From the NCBI GenBank assembly GCA_050084985.1, contig JBITNC010000002.1, positions 26,226,001-26,290,000 of the forward strand: 64,000 nucleotides of DNA. Direction: 5' to 3'. The DNA comes from Nageia nagi (Eukaryota; Plantae; Pinophyta). The notes below the pieces were generated by a model that saw only the letters and a list, made by a program, of their open reading frames with translations, had not been told where the DNA came from and did not search any database. Below are positions 29,801 through 41,439 of the stretch, one piece after another (the first letter of the stretch is position 1; each line of letters opens with the position of its first letter). The translations under genes were made by a program, and so were the position numbers.

Positions 29801-32800
29801 TCCTAATGTTGCTGCCATTCCATTTAGTTGATTGCCCATGGTTTGTTGGTATTGTATCCCAGATTATCTTTCCCATTATTTTATTTTCCTTTCCTTTTTG
29901 CTTGGATCTTTATCATCGTGGCATAATTCTTCAACTTGAGTTCCATTGAAGTTTACCTCACTTATTGATGTTTGCTGGTTTTGCATATCATGTTGATTCT
30001 ATAGAGTTTTGTGTTGTTGATTGGGATATCTTTCTTCCCATGTGTTATTGTTTCTCATACAAACTTCATTCTACTTGAGATTTGTTTTTCTTGTCAATCT
30101 ACATTTTTCTTTTTCCACACTTTTGTGATTGGATGGATAGCAATTTTGTCCATCAGTAATGCTTTTAGCTTTTGGATCTTGTGTTTGCCTTACCCTAGGG
30201 TGTTGTTGGAGATATGTATCATTTTGATTGTTTGGACGAAATGATCAAAATGAGATAAATCTCCTGAAAGGGTTTTGAATTTCTGGATCTTTCCTTAGCT
30301 TTACTTGGGGTGTTGTTGAAGATATATGCTATTTTCATCGTCTTGATAGAGCAATCAAAATGAGATGAGGTTTCCTAATTTTTTTACAAATAACCCTATC
30401 TCTTCTTTCGGTGCCTAGTATAACCTAACCAAATTACAAGAAAGCTAAAAACAAATAAATTCATTTCAATTAGAGCTACATGGTAATGACGTTGCAAATC
30501 CTTAAAGAGTTCGCTTTCTACAAGCCTTTGTTCTGCGCCAATTTACCAAAAACTAGCCTTCCCTTGGTAACTAAGATTGTTTCTCTTATACCACTTGTAA
30601 AAAAACAATTTAGCTCATAAAGAAATCTAGCATAGCAGTCCATAATTTGCACAAATATACTATTGAAGATTAGCAATATACTTCAAATAGCAATAACAAA
30701 CATAGAAACAAATATATCAAATAAGAAATCAACAATTTAGCCATTTGAGAGGGCATAGACTCCAAATGTGTGCCAGCATAAGGTGAGGAAAGAAATATGT
30801 TATTTGATGATCATGACATTCACAATACCACCTATTTGTAAACTTAAAGGTCACTAACACTAATCCCCAAAGTTGTAAGAATCGGAATCGGATCAGAATC
30901 GTTTGGTTGAAGGATTCAGATTAATTGAAAAATGGATCGGATTTGGTGAAAAAATCGGCAAATAAGAAAAACATTCCAAATCAAATAACACATTACACTG
31001 TGAAAACATAATGTACAATTGAAAATTGTAGAGTTTTCAGTTTTGTATTACACAAGTTTGAATTATAGTAGTAAAACTGTGAAATTATATAGTACTAAGT
31101 AAATATATAAATTAAACTTTGACATGATTCAAATCAAAATGCTAAAAGTGAGTATAAAATGAAGTGTGTTTGTCTTTGCATGCATATATAGTGTCACTTT
31201 TGTTAGGAGGTGAAGTCAATATCCATATTTTTGATTGTCTTCTGCATGGATGTGGCAGTATGGTGGTGCACCTCTTGATGAGCCTCTTTTTCCCTTCTGT
31301 ACAAATATTTTTTCAGATTTTTTATTACAAATTGGCGATTTTCCCATCGATATTTGCATCTCCTCTTAGCTCCTCTCAGCTTGTGGTTGCAAGCAAAAGT
31401 GAAAGTCGATAGAGAATCATGATTTTTGCATCAGGAATCGTGATTTTTTGCAAAATCTGAATCACAATTTTTTTCAAAAAAATTGCCACGTCAGGAAAAA
31501 ATTAAAAATCTCGAATCAGTTTTCAAAAAATTGACTAGGCTCCCGATTGCGATTCTGGTCCGATTTTACGGATTAATAGGCAATTTTTACAATTATGCTA
31601 ATTCCTATGCTCCATGGTCGACCTTAGTACTATGAATCCTGTTCTAAGCATGCAAGCCAATCAAATAGAATATTGGCTATAGTTAATGCTTAGTTATTGG
31701 GGACATTACATCTTGGAATGATATTATGGAAGTTATACTTCTACCAACGCATGTTGTTCATTTTATGGATTTAGAGGATGTTTTAGACCAGACACCTGTT
31801 ACAGAGCTTTCTAACGATCTAGAAAATATAGGTGATGGGGATTGTTCTTCAGATTCTCATGAGCCTTACATTGTTGTCACAAAGGCGTTGGAGATTAATC
31901 ATGTGGAATGCAAGTATGACGATATGGTCTTTTCAACTTCATCTTTAGATTGCACTGATGATGAGATGGGTAGTGAGGATAGTGGAGGATATTTATAGTG
32001 GTGGTGGTGGGGATGATGCAAATAGAAATACAGGTTAAGATAGGCCAGTGATATTTGTGAGAACAATCCAATTTAAAGGAGTATCTGAAAGCCTCACAAG
32101 TTATTAGTTGTGCACCAATTTTTGAAATCCAATCATGTACTCTAAATATTTTGGCATTCTTTACCGTCATTTTGCACTTTATGGATGCTTGAGTTAAATT
32201 GTTGGTTATTTCTTTAAGGATGAGAGTGATGCTTTAAGAGTTGTAGATGTGTGAGCTTGGAGTTATCTAGCGTCAGGAGCAAACGAGCTAGATATTTGGT
32301 CAGCATTAACAGCCATTTTTGAAATGTGAGTAATCCAAAAGTAATCAAACAGAAGATATCTGCTAAAGCCTGCGGTATGACCATTTGAGAAATTCTGCAA
32401 TAGTGTTCTTAGAGCATTAGAGGTTGTTGTTAAGGATATAGAGGTGTTGAGAACTGAAACAGATACTCAGGTGACCTCCTGCATGTGTCGATCATAGAGT
32501 TGCAGCCTTTGAGCTTGAGAGTTTTATCAGCTCCACTCCAGCTGTTCAACTGAGCTTGAGCTTTCAACATGTGAAGCTTCCAGTGCGAGACTGTTGCAGC
32601 AAACATTAGATTTTAACTTCTCTAAACTTATTTTGAACTTGTAAAATTTCACTCTTTTGCATAGCATAATAAAATTTGAAATATTTTTAGCTTATAATAA
32701 TTGTTATTATTTGTGAAGCATTTATGATAATTTCGACTTACATGTATTTATACATTTCATCGAATACTGATATATTGACTTTTAATTTTATTCATGGTGG

Positions 32801-35800
32801 ATGGATATAATAGTATAATGTCAAATTGACATGTTTTTTGAGTTTACTTCTTGTTTTCATACTTGTTTCTTATTTAGAAATATTAAAAAAACTTTTATAT
32901 CTCAAAGACTCAAACTTAATGTCAATTGTTGTTAGATTATTTTACTAAGCTGAATGTCTCCAAACATTGAAATTCTGAACTTGGAGCTGATCTTGACTTA
33001 GTCTGCAACTCCAAGTTGGAGGCAGACAACCTTGCTTGACAACAGCGTTGCATGGCCTTTGTGATTCCGTTTAGTTTCTTGAACTTCATGCTGAACCTTA
33101 TTGATATTTTCTGTGAGCTGAATTTCGACTTCCAAACTTAACCTTGATGAACATGAACTTGAATATGGTCATGAGGATTTGTTTGTCATGTAATGAGGCC
33201 GAGTCTTAGCATTCTTTTTCTATTTACTTTCTGTTTAAAACACAATCAATTCTAGCTGCTTCCATATTTTCCGGATGGCAATATCTATCTATGGCCAATA
33301 CACCTTTTTCTAAAGCAAACTTCAGTTGGCATAATAGCTTTGAAGAATCAATTATTTTCCAGATAGTCACAAATTGTTTCACTAATGAAATCTCTTAAAG
33401 CTAGCTTGATATGAATTCTGCTAGCATGTATGACTATTTAAAGATGAGTGCTTTATGACCAAAATAAGATTGATTTGGAGTTGAGACTGATGGAAATTTG
33501 TATACTGTTCAAGAAACGATAGGATGAAGCAGCATTTTCGAAGATAAAACACAATTTTTCTTGGAAAATTGTAGATCATTTTGTCAGTGTCATTCCGTTG
33601 ATCTCTTTGACTTTTAAAATATTTACCTATGAGTACGCTTTAACAATAATATCACTCATGCTTGAGCTCCAAGGACAGATTCTCTCTATAGAAAATAGCA
33701 CTTCCTAGGGGTTTTGTGTGAGCTAGAATCTAATAAATTTTGAAATAGTAGATATTAGTTTCCCTAAATAATAAGACACAAGTTTGTCTTTAATCCTGTT
33801 AGAGGCTTATTTGCATCTGTTTCTTTAACCAGGTTATAGATAAGCTTTATAAAATTCGACAAACAGCTCTTGGGGTGCTTGAAAGTGAACCAGATGAAGA
33901 TAAGGTAGCATGTCTTTTACAGGACCCATCAAGCTTGTGGAGCTTTGGCAAAGCTGAGAATATATACAAGGATTATCACTCTCAAATGGTAAACCTAAAC
34001 ATATTTTTGGTTATATTTTTCCATTTCAACTGCATACACTGTTGAGCATAGCAAGTGTTCTCGTTTAATTTAAATGAGCATGCTTTCACACACATACTTG
34101 ATAAATTGGCTGAATAGAATATTAAAGTAAACATCCTCATAAGGTTTAACAAGTTTATCTGATGATTTATATTAAATGCTGTCTACCCATTAATTCTAAA
34201 GAGGTAATATGCTCTTGGGTGGGCAGCCATTTCCTCAAGTTGCATGTAGAAGTCTGATCCTTCTTTGGTTTTAAACCCCATCAAGTTATTGGTGAATTAG
34301 AATGTATGGAATTTTATTTATAGACATGCATTGTCTTTCAATTTATCAAAGCTTCCTGTAGAAATTTAAGCCCCAGCTGCTGTTTTAGTAAAACAATTGT
34401 AATAGGCATCATTTCATAAGCATGGTTTTTTTCTTCAGGAAAGAACATGTGTTGCAAGGAAAATTATGCATCAAAGTCGCATGTAGAGTTTAGACCAAGC
34501 TTCTTTGTCACAATTAAACTGTAGAACAGTTGCAACAAGCATATTTCTATGAGTATTCAATATACCATAAACCAATGTTTGTTTGTTTTCTTTGACAAGT
34601 TAGAAAAAATAGTAACTTGACCTAGACAAAATTGATCCACAATTGGATGCTATCACAAGGGATGTTTTTCAAATGCTTATTTTAGCAGATGTCTCAACAT
34701 AGAATGGACTTATTGGCTGCACAATTTGCAGTGACTGCTCACTTTGATATAGCCAAATTCCCAACTCATCAACATTTTAATTGAAAGCTACTTTTTATGG
34801 CTTAGGTTGAAATTGCTCATATGCCATTGTCAAACAGAAAAAGATAGCCTAACCCCTGTACCCTCCAAATTTTATTCATTTGGAAATGAGGGATGTTCGT
34901 AAGAGAGATGATATTATATTTTATAAATTTATCTATAGTTGCATGATCAAAATCCCTGGTAAACCTCTCACAGATTATTTTAGTCTTAGTTTTGTGATGC
35001 AGGCAAACATTCGAATATTGTTTTCCAGATCTTCTTAGTTCCTTTTGATAATTTATCTTTATTCAAAAGAATCATGACATTTTTCATTATCTTCCTCACT
35101 GTTTAATTATACAGTGAAAATTTGTCGATCAGGTTGCTATACAAGAGGAGTTGATAGCTTCTAGAGACACTGTAGTAAAACTACAGAAGCAACTAGAAGA
35201 GGTATTCATTTGCAAAACACATCACAGTTTTTGAAGCTTTTGATTTGCTTGTTTTAGTATTAATACCTGGGATGGTTTATTAAAACTTGGGTGTCACTTT
35301 TTAGGCACTTGCTTCTGAAGAGTATCTGGCACAAAGTGGTAACACTCTTCATGCAAAGCTGGTAAACGATTTTAAATTACTCAAATATTGGTTGTGATCA
35401 AATAGTTACTTTTGCCATTTTCTCAAATGTTTTTTATAATGCTGCACAGAAATGCTTAGAAAACAACATAAAGAACGAGCTTTCTCTTCTCCGTGATATC
35501 CATGTGCAGAAGAGAAATGATATTCTAAATCTAATTGAGGAAGAGCGCAAATGGCTGGAGTCAATGACAGCAGATCTTGAAATTCATATAAAGCAGCAGT
35601 TCATGTATGAAATGAATGCTTCAGATTCTTTTGAATCAAAAGGAGATGGGCAGATCACAAGCTCTGAACAAAGTGAAAGCACCCTTCCAAATGAAAATGC
35701 AGAATCGAGTTTTCATGGACATGCTGAGGTGTATTTTCTTGCTCAGCTGCATTTTTAATATAGGTTGTTTATTGCAAAAGCAAGTTTGAAATGCTAAACT

Positions 35801-38800
35801 AACAGCCTTAATTCAGCTTGTGTTGGAGGCATACTAAAAGCAAATGTGAAATGAAAATTGACATGTAATTTGATTTGTTCCCAAATGTTTTGTCAAGTTG
35901 CTTATATCATATTCATAATGCATAATGATTCTTGTGCTAGGTATGCAGATATTCACCTTCTTGTTGATCTCACATAATGGTGTGAGGAAAATCTAACATC
36001 CAGATGACGTTTTGGTCCAATATGAACTACATTCGAATATTGCACTGTATATGCAAACAGTGCAAAATATGTACTATATTTCTGTTTGCTAATTTCAACA
36101 GTAACCTCTCACAAGAGTCACAAAATCACCCTAAAACCTAAAATCCAAACTGTAATAGAAAATTACAAACATTATATTTTTATGAGAATCAACTGAACTC
36201 AAACTGAAGTCATTTTTTTTTTTATCCAGCATAGAATGAACCTTAAACATATTGGAGGTGATGCAAATTAAATTCTTTAAAGCCTTGTCTTTGAAGGTAG
36301 AATAATCTTGATGAAAAATTCTCATAGTTACAACATTTTGTTAAGATGGAGATGCAAAAGCAATCTTAAATGGAGCTTCCACCATGATGGAAACTGCTTC
36401 CAAATCTTAGGCCAAAATTACCTGTTATTTAACCACATTTTATTTCTACTTCTCTACACTGATCAGTTTCTATGATTAAAGTTTGTGAGATTTTCTTGGC
36501 TGATGAATTAGAATATTGGTAAATGATGCTAATGTGATGAATAACTGCATATCTCATTCTGATTAAGTGGCTTGCATTTGCAAAGGAAACTGTCTCAACA
36601 TACAATGAACACAGTACTTCATTGAGCAATATGTTACCAACTTTAGCTTGATTTCTTCTTGCAGTTTTTAGAAATTGGTACTGGTAGGATAGAGGTTCCT
36701 GTAGTTGTGCTGGGTCCAATGGATGTGGCGACATTTGAGGTGATTGGACCTAATGCTCGAACATTTTTAACCTGTTATTTGATGGGAAAACTATGTTAGC
36801 CGATTTTAAAGTAGGAAACAGTTATTCTTTCTTATAACAGAGGAAATAACATCATGTTTGTGCTTGATTAGAGGGTTATCTGTTATAATCCTTTCTGAAC
36901 ACTAAAATATGATTGAAGTTACGTCTTCTGTTTCTATATTTAGTAATTATTGTATGTGTGTTATTTTGTTTTGAGGTACCATTATGCATTTTTGTATAGA
37001 TTCTTGGGCACCCTGCCTTATGCATGTTTCTAGGTGATTTGTTTCCGAGTTTTCCCATGCAAATGCTATATCTTTTGTTTTCACAGTGCACTTAGTGAGT
37101 GAATTATACAATTTCTGTACTTACAAATATTTTTTTGTATGTTTGTTAATGAAGGTGCTTTACTGTTGCAAACAATTGATTTCATGTATTTTCATAGACA
37201 CAAATTGTGGAGTGATAAGGCAGTCATGACTCTTCCCATTTGTCATTAGTCACTAATGGGTTGTTTGATGTTATCTGCTAACTGCAATCACTTTGATGTC
37301 TGGAAAATTCTTTCGTCACTTGCCAGGATGGTAAAATGTTTTAAGTTCTATTTCTTCTTCTTAAAGTGATTCTTCCTTGCCCACGATTTTGAGCCCACGA
37401 TTTTGATAGTAAGGGTAAATTATATTATCAAAAGGTGTAGGTTTTTATCCGAGCCCCAAAAATCCGATCACAAAAATGGTTTCCTATACTGGAAACTGCT
37501 ACCCAGCTATAGCTGGTGGTAACCAAAAAGATTCTTAACATATTATCAAAACACAGCTAAAACCTTGCTGCAATACATTCAAACTATTTATCAGACTACT
37601 AGCAACCTAATACTATAATGCTATAGACCAAATTTTAACTAACTTCCTTGCCCACGGTTGCTTTGCCAAAATTGTGGTCATTAAATTGAGAAGGTTCAAT
37701 TTCAACTTTCAAGATTTCTAACACTTTTTATGATTGCGTAGATGGTTTAGTGATCCCAGTTCATCAAGGTTACTGATATGTGCCTATAACTTGGGGTGCA
37801 CAAGCGAATATAGCGACTGTGAAGTTGTCACTTGGGGGAAGAAGGGTTAAGGATTTTGAACATGCTAAGATGGTAATTGGGAAAAGTCCAAGTGATATAA
37901 AAAATGGTTCTGTTGGTCCTGGTTTAAAATACTGTTGAAGACCAATTCTTCCCCTATGAACTCAGGAAAAAGTTAACTGAAATATACTGACCTTCCACAA
38001 AATTCTGTTTAAGAATGAGAAACACATACTCTGAAAACAAATTGTTCAACCTATGAGTCAACACTTTGACCTGGATTCTATACCAAACACTCAAAAGGGA
38101 TTATGGTGTCCAATTTTTGACCTATGTGATCTTCCTTCTTAGGTATCAACTTCATTAGTCACTTGTTAATTTCCATCGTAAATATTCCCTACCTAAAATA
38201 TTCTCTATACATATCATGCAGCTGATATTTTTCATCTTTCCTTACTCTGATAGCTGTCATGATTTCCTCTAAAATTTGGTAATAAATTATATCTTTGCAC
38301 TTCATGGTTGGGCTTTGCACAAGACACTCCTCCAGGGACAATGTTGGAATTCGAAAGACTTAAGATTAATTGTTTACTTATGGAACATTCTGGTGAGTTT
38401 TCTACTTGGTCTTTGTGATGATCCAAAATGCAACTCAAGCTCAAACTAACAAATTCGGACCATCAATCCCTAACGTCAAGCCAAGAGTGTCAAACACAAG
38501 CATATAAACCTTCAAGATGGCAACATTAGGGTTAGGGCATCCAAATCAAACTGACACAATGCAAACAAGCCAATGTCTAAGCTAGGGTTACAATATTAAG
38601 CATTCACAACATCCAATCTCCAACGTCTAGCCAATACATCCAATAAACAATAAATAATGCTCCACAATGCCAACGTCTGGCCAGTACAAATATACACAGC
38701 AATAACAATCCAACACATGCACAAGAAAGGTATAGACAATACAAAATATGACATCCAATGCCCTTGGCGGTATATTGAATGTACAATGCTCAACAAATAC

Positions 38801-41439
38801 AATACGAAGCCTAGGAGGGCTGACGTTGGCCTATTAGGAGCCAACTAGGGCACAACACAATATCTGCTCTCTCTGGAAATAGTCTAGAAGCATGGGACAA
38901 TACGTCTCCTCAAAATAAGAATCCTCCCCACTGAAGGGCCCTCCTCAGATCTTGGATAACCATCGAAGGTAGAAGCAATACCTTGAAATACCATCGGATG
39001 GGTAAAGGTGCTACACCAGTGTCGTAGACAGATAGGATCCCTCAGCTTGAATACCCTCTAGACGCTGCGCCTAGGAAAGGATGCTTAGCATAGCTAAGAC
39101 TTGTCCTCTGGATTGTGTAGAAGTAATAATAATCAATGTATATCCAATAATGAGCCTCCAAGGATTAATATAGCCTTCCTTTGTCCGGATTACACCTTAG
39201 AGTCATCACCCAATCTCCTCATGGCCCAATGTTGGCACCTAGGAATCAATCTAGGCTCAATGTGGGTATCTGGGCCTCCCCTACGCTCCACGTGGACATA
39301 GGAATGCATGTGTGGGTCTAGGAGGCATGCATGGGCACCCAAGGGGGCAATGTGGGTCTCAAAGGCCAACGTGGGGGTCGAGAAGCCTCCCCCAAGCTGG
39401 TGCAAGTGTCTACATGCTCCCAATCTCAACATTGGGTCATAAAGTGCTCATTCGCCCATTAAATGCTAAATAGACCTTGGGATTTCCACAATCATGTTTG
39501 AGATCTCCAAGTATGACAATAACACCTAATCTAACCTTAGGAGGGAGACGTCCCACTTTGGGCTCACAGTGGGGTCCATTGACCCATTAAGTCTCCTATC
39601 CTAAGTTACAATTATGAAAGTGCAATACATGAATAAAGTATATTACAAAAAGGAACCTTTCGGACTCCACAATTAATTGCAATTGAACAAGGGGGACATC
39701 ACAGTCTTGCTTGGTTCAAGAGAGACTTGCAAGTTGTGGCATGTCTCACAAAGTTGATGGTGAACCTTGTTGTTGAATCACAATTTCTGAACCAAAGGTA
39801 GGCAATTTACATTTCTTGTGCTGTGACTATGATCAATATAGGCCTGCAGAAATGTTGGTGTGAAACCGGGCATGTTTGAGAGGTCTGCTAAGCATATTTT
39901 TCTGTTCATAACATTTTGTTCATTTTGAATGTAATAACTGAAGCATGGTTCCAAAGACAAAAAATGTTTCGTATTCCTTACTGCTAAGTTGAATAGATAA
40001 CTGGGAAATGCATAATGTTTCCCATTGTAAATTATATTAATTTCAAATGGAACTTCCATAAAACAAAATTGATCGATCTTGAATTGTGGTAATCTGTTAT
40101 TGTAATTGATTGGTGGATTTGGTTCCATTCACCCCAGAAGATGTTTCTAGCACGTATTGCCATGATATAGAGATATTATATGTTTTAATTAATGTCCAAC
40201 TGGCTTTATTTTATGTCAGTGCTTCTTGATTGTGCTGACTTGTGGACCGTGTTACATGATTTATCTCGTCCTTGTCACTAATCAGGTATTTCTTACCATT
40301 TAGCAGAAGGTCCCAGATTCTCTGCATCTTGACTCTGAAGGACAGATGAGAATCGATGATTATAGAAAGGCCCTTGCTCAGGCTTTGCAGGAAAAGGTGG
40401 GTATCTGGGTTCTTTTCAACCCATCTGTTATACTGTTGATTTCAGATACTATTCAGTAGCTTATTTTAAATTTTAGTTGTGAATTTTTTGTTATTGGTTG
40501 GTTAATGTATGACAGGTTCAAGCACTGTTACTGCTTTCACAACAGGAGGAGAGGCATTTGCTAGAGAAAAACACAAATGTAGCTTTTGAGGAAAAAATAA
40601 AGGAACTTCGGCAGAACTTATTGCAAGTAATAAAATTAACCTGTTATTCTTTCTATTTCCATTTTGTGGAATTAAGTATTTGTGATCATCTGTTATTATT
40701 CTTCCATCACTGATGTACCTATTCTTTCTTGCTAGTATTTGATCTCAAAATGTTATCGAGATAGCTATTAAAACTCTGAAATATATGGCCATTAGAAAGG
40801 TTGGCCATAGTAAATGCCATTATCTCAAGTCGTATTTTACCATGTCTTGGTCTGGTCCTAATCTGATTCTTTCAGACCTGAGTGGTGCAATCCAAACCTT
40901 GAGCTTTCTCTTTTTTCTTAAAAAATATTACCATAGAAAAGAAAACCAGAAAAAGCAACTAGTACCAGTCATCATCATGAATGCGATGGAAGATTAAAGG
41001 AAAAGAGCTAAAAATAAATAATAATTAATTTCTGAGAGCTGGAAATGTCTCCTGTAATTATATCAAATCGTTTTTGTTCACTGTATTACTTCTACTTGTC
41101 TTTGCTTGCCTGCAAGTAACATGTGTTCAGGAAATGCACATATGTTGACTGAGACCTGACTTCTGGCTGCTTTTCGATTATATGAAAGTCAAAATTGTGG
41201 CATAATGGTAATGCAATATGTGTCTCTGGCTTTATAATACATATAACTATGGATGTTTGTTAGAAAGCATTACAGGGATGTTTGTTTAACTGTTGGAAGT
41301 ATTGTTTCTTCATCTGTGTCATATTTTCTGAGCTTGATGATAAAAGTCTATTTGTGGGACATGTTGACCAGGTGACAAATGAAAAAGTAGAAGCACTAAT
41401 GGAGGTAGCACAACTAAGACAAGAATGTCAGCATTGGAG
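5792..41439 (+). CDS. MEE13: Host gene, partial: coiled-coil myosin-heavy-chain-related protein, MEE13/At2g14680-like; join(5792-5875,5965-6026,9595-9697,33833-33988,35133-35201,35305-35361,35450-35728,40307-40396,40516-40626,41372-41439)
   Basis: All junctions are GT-AG with consistent phases and no stops. Recognised motifs: EAEKQIKFFQSRVAAAFSDRD, VIDKLYKIRQ, KALAQALQEKVQALLLLSQQEERHLLE, QNLLQVTNEKVEALMEVAQL. Ortholog name is from memory of the family. No 5' or 3' exons found in the window. Confidence 0.85.
5965..6026 (+). CDS. MEE13-like exon (VERAHQKETSMSNRLNELQNR)
   Basis: cag|GTT...AG|gtag; 62 bp, phase 0/2. Confidence 0.88.
6309..6332. repeat. (TC)12 microsatellite
   Basis: Direct reading. 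Confidence 0.9.
9595..9697 (+). CDS. MEE13-like exon (MEEMTADRLEEMKHCSELESNLCESKAEITKLKQ)
   Basis: cag|G ATG...CAG|gtg; 103 bp, phase 2/0, fits both neighbours. Confidence 0.85.
11384..12075 (-). mobile_element. Old LTR remnant homologous to the LTR at 30596-31710
   Basis: TGTAACAAAACAACTTAGCTCATAAAGAAATCT...ACCTTAGTACTATCAATCC aligns by eye (roughly 70%) with the 30596-31680 copy once each copy's MITE is removed. Confidence 0.7.
11559..11920. mobile_element. hAT-type MITE (362 bp)
   Basis: 16-bp TIR CTAAGTTGCA(G/C)GAAAC; perfect 8-bp TSD CTTTAGAT at 11551-11558 and 11921-11928; subterminal GGAAAC motifs. Confidence 0.92.
12678..14470. repeat. Array of ~20 degenerate ~55-bp palindromic units, probably LTR-retroelement internal sequence
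   Basis: Recurrent YGGCGCAAGT...GACAA...YTTGAC...GACTTGCGCYAG, e.g. near 12678, 12805, 12877, 13622, 13943, 14015, 14086, 14217, 14287, 14359. Confidence 0.7.
13317..13607. repeat. Five tandem copies of a ~61-bp unit
   Basis: CAAATGTGA(A/T)GGGAGACAAG(G/A)TTCTYGA...CCCCAAG repeated five times, one copy shortened. Confidence 0.9.
14600..15253 (+). mobile_element. LTR-like remnant
   Basis: CTATAAGTA followed by GCTCATTTG (~14790-14820), the same layout as other LTRs here; ends ATTACA at 15253; no TSD found. Confidence 0.4.
15260..18692 (+). mobile_element. Degraded L1-clade LINE (ORF1 remnant, endonuclease, RT)
   Basis: ORF 16155-16628 has APE motifs SWNVR, CLQEVK, INVYA, GGDF. Downstream fragments ITLLNVSYKIIAK, EQKGFI, KIDFAKA, FVDDS carry many stops and frameshifts. 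Confidence 0.88.
18693..21524 (+). mobile_element. LTR-like insertion (probable solo LTR) with ~185-bp internal periodicity, inserted in the L1
   Basis: TGTA...ATTACA ends, flanked by ATGT on both sides; contains a nested solo LTR. Confidence 0.6.
19849..20855 (+). mobile_element. Nested solo LTR (1007 bp)
   Basis: TGTAATGTCCCC...GGTACATTACA; TSD TGATA/TGATG; removing it restores the GGTTTGATGACATCAAAGG motif of the surrounding repeat. Confidence 0.85.
21798..22240. mobile_element. hAT-type MITE (443 bp)
   Basis: Perfect 8-bp TSD ATATTGCT at 21790-21797 and 22241-22248; imperfect TIR CAAGGTGGAAAA/CCTGGTTCGAAAA; subterminal ACTCGG/CCGAGT motifs. Confidence 0.75.
21862..30619. repeat. Tandem array of six ~1.46-kb units (MITE 3' part + retroelement 5' internal region + first 24 bp of the LTR)
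   Basis: Junction GCTCATAG|GAGAGTACTCGG recurs near 24780, 26242, 27702 and 29159; the ORF track repeats with the same period; unit 2 has an aberrant head (23315-23745). Confidence 0.9.
30583..30593 (-). other. Primer binding site, tRNA-iMet type (also copied in each array unit)
   Basis: - strand TGGTATAAGAG versus canonical TGGTATCAGAG, 2 nt inside the LTR end at 30596. Confidence 0.7.
30596..31710 (-). mobile_element. 5' LTR of an old LTR retrotransposon
   Basis: - strand begins TGTAATGTCCCC at 31710 and ends ...TTTACA at 30596, followed by the PBS. Confidence 0.75.
30868..31597. mobile_element. hAT-type non-autonomous element (730 bp) inside the LTR
   Basis: TIR CAAAGTTGTAAGAATCG/CATAATTGTAAAAATTG; 8-bp TSD CTAATCCC/CTAATTCC; subterminal AATCG/CGATT motifs; absent from the homologous LTR at 11384. 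Confidence 0.8.
33833..33988 (+). CDS. MEE13-like exon (VIDKLYKIRQTALG...DYHSQM)
   Basis: cag|GTT...ATG|gtaa; 156 bp, phase 0/0. Confidence 0.88.
35133..35201 (+). CDS. MEE13-like exon (VAIQEELIASRDTVVKLQKQLEE)
   Basis: cag|GTT...GAG|gta; 69 bp. Confidence 0.82.
35305..35361 (+). CDS. MEE13-like exon (ALASEEYLAQSGNTLHAKL)
   Basis: tag|GCA...CTG|gtaa; 57 bp. Confidence 0.8.
35450..35728 (+). CDS. MEE13-like exon (KCLENNIKNELSLLRDIH...FHGHAE)
   Basis: cag|AAA...GAG|gtg; 279 bp; same frame as ORF 35504-35758. Confidence 0.85.
37386..37642 (-). mobile_element. Short 5'-truncated LINE/SINE-like insertion
   Basis: 14-bp TSD CTTCCTTGCCCACG at 37372-37385 and 37643-37656; - strand ends ...TTACTATCAAAA. 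Confidence 0.65.
38414..39703 (-). mobile_element. Solo LTR (1290 bp), related to the LTR at 1552-2649 and inverted relative to it
   Basis: TGTGATGATCC...GGACATCACA; perfect TSD GTCTT at 38409-38413 and 39704-39708; reverse complement of 39541-39600 matches 1651-1710. Confidence 0.9.
40307..40396 (+). CDS. MEE13-like exon (KVPDSLHLDSEGQMRIDDYRKALAQALQEK)
   Basis: tagcag|AAG...AAG|gtg; start could be 40304, 40307 or 40310. Confidence 0.85.
40516..40626 (+). CDS. MEE13-like exon (VQALLLLSQQEERHLLEKN...QNLLQ)
   Basis: cag|GTT...CAA|gtaa; 111 bp. Confidence 0.92.
41372..41439 (+). CDS. MEE13-like exon (VTNEKVEALMEVAQLRQECQHWR)
   Basis: cag|GTG...AG|gtt; 68 bp, phase 0/2. Confidence 0.88.

Noticed and set aside
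22189-30244. Repeated 60-135 aa ORFs as a tandem small-gene family
   Set aside because: They are antisense to decayed retroelement sequence and recur only because the DNA is repeated; indels break them differently in each copy.
31726-31998. Acidic 90-aa ORF as a host exon or small gene
   Set aside because: No fitting splice sites, the flanking exons join correctly without it, and it is probably retroelement debris.
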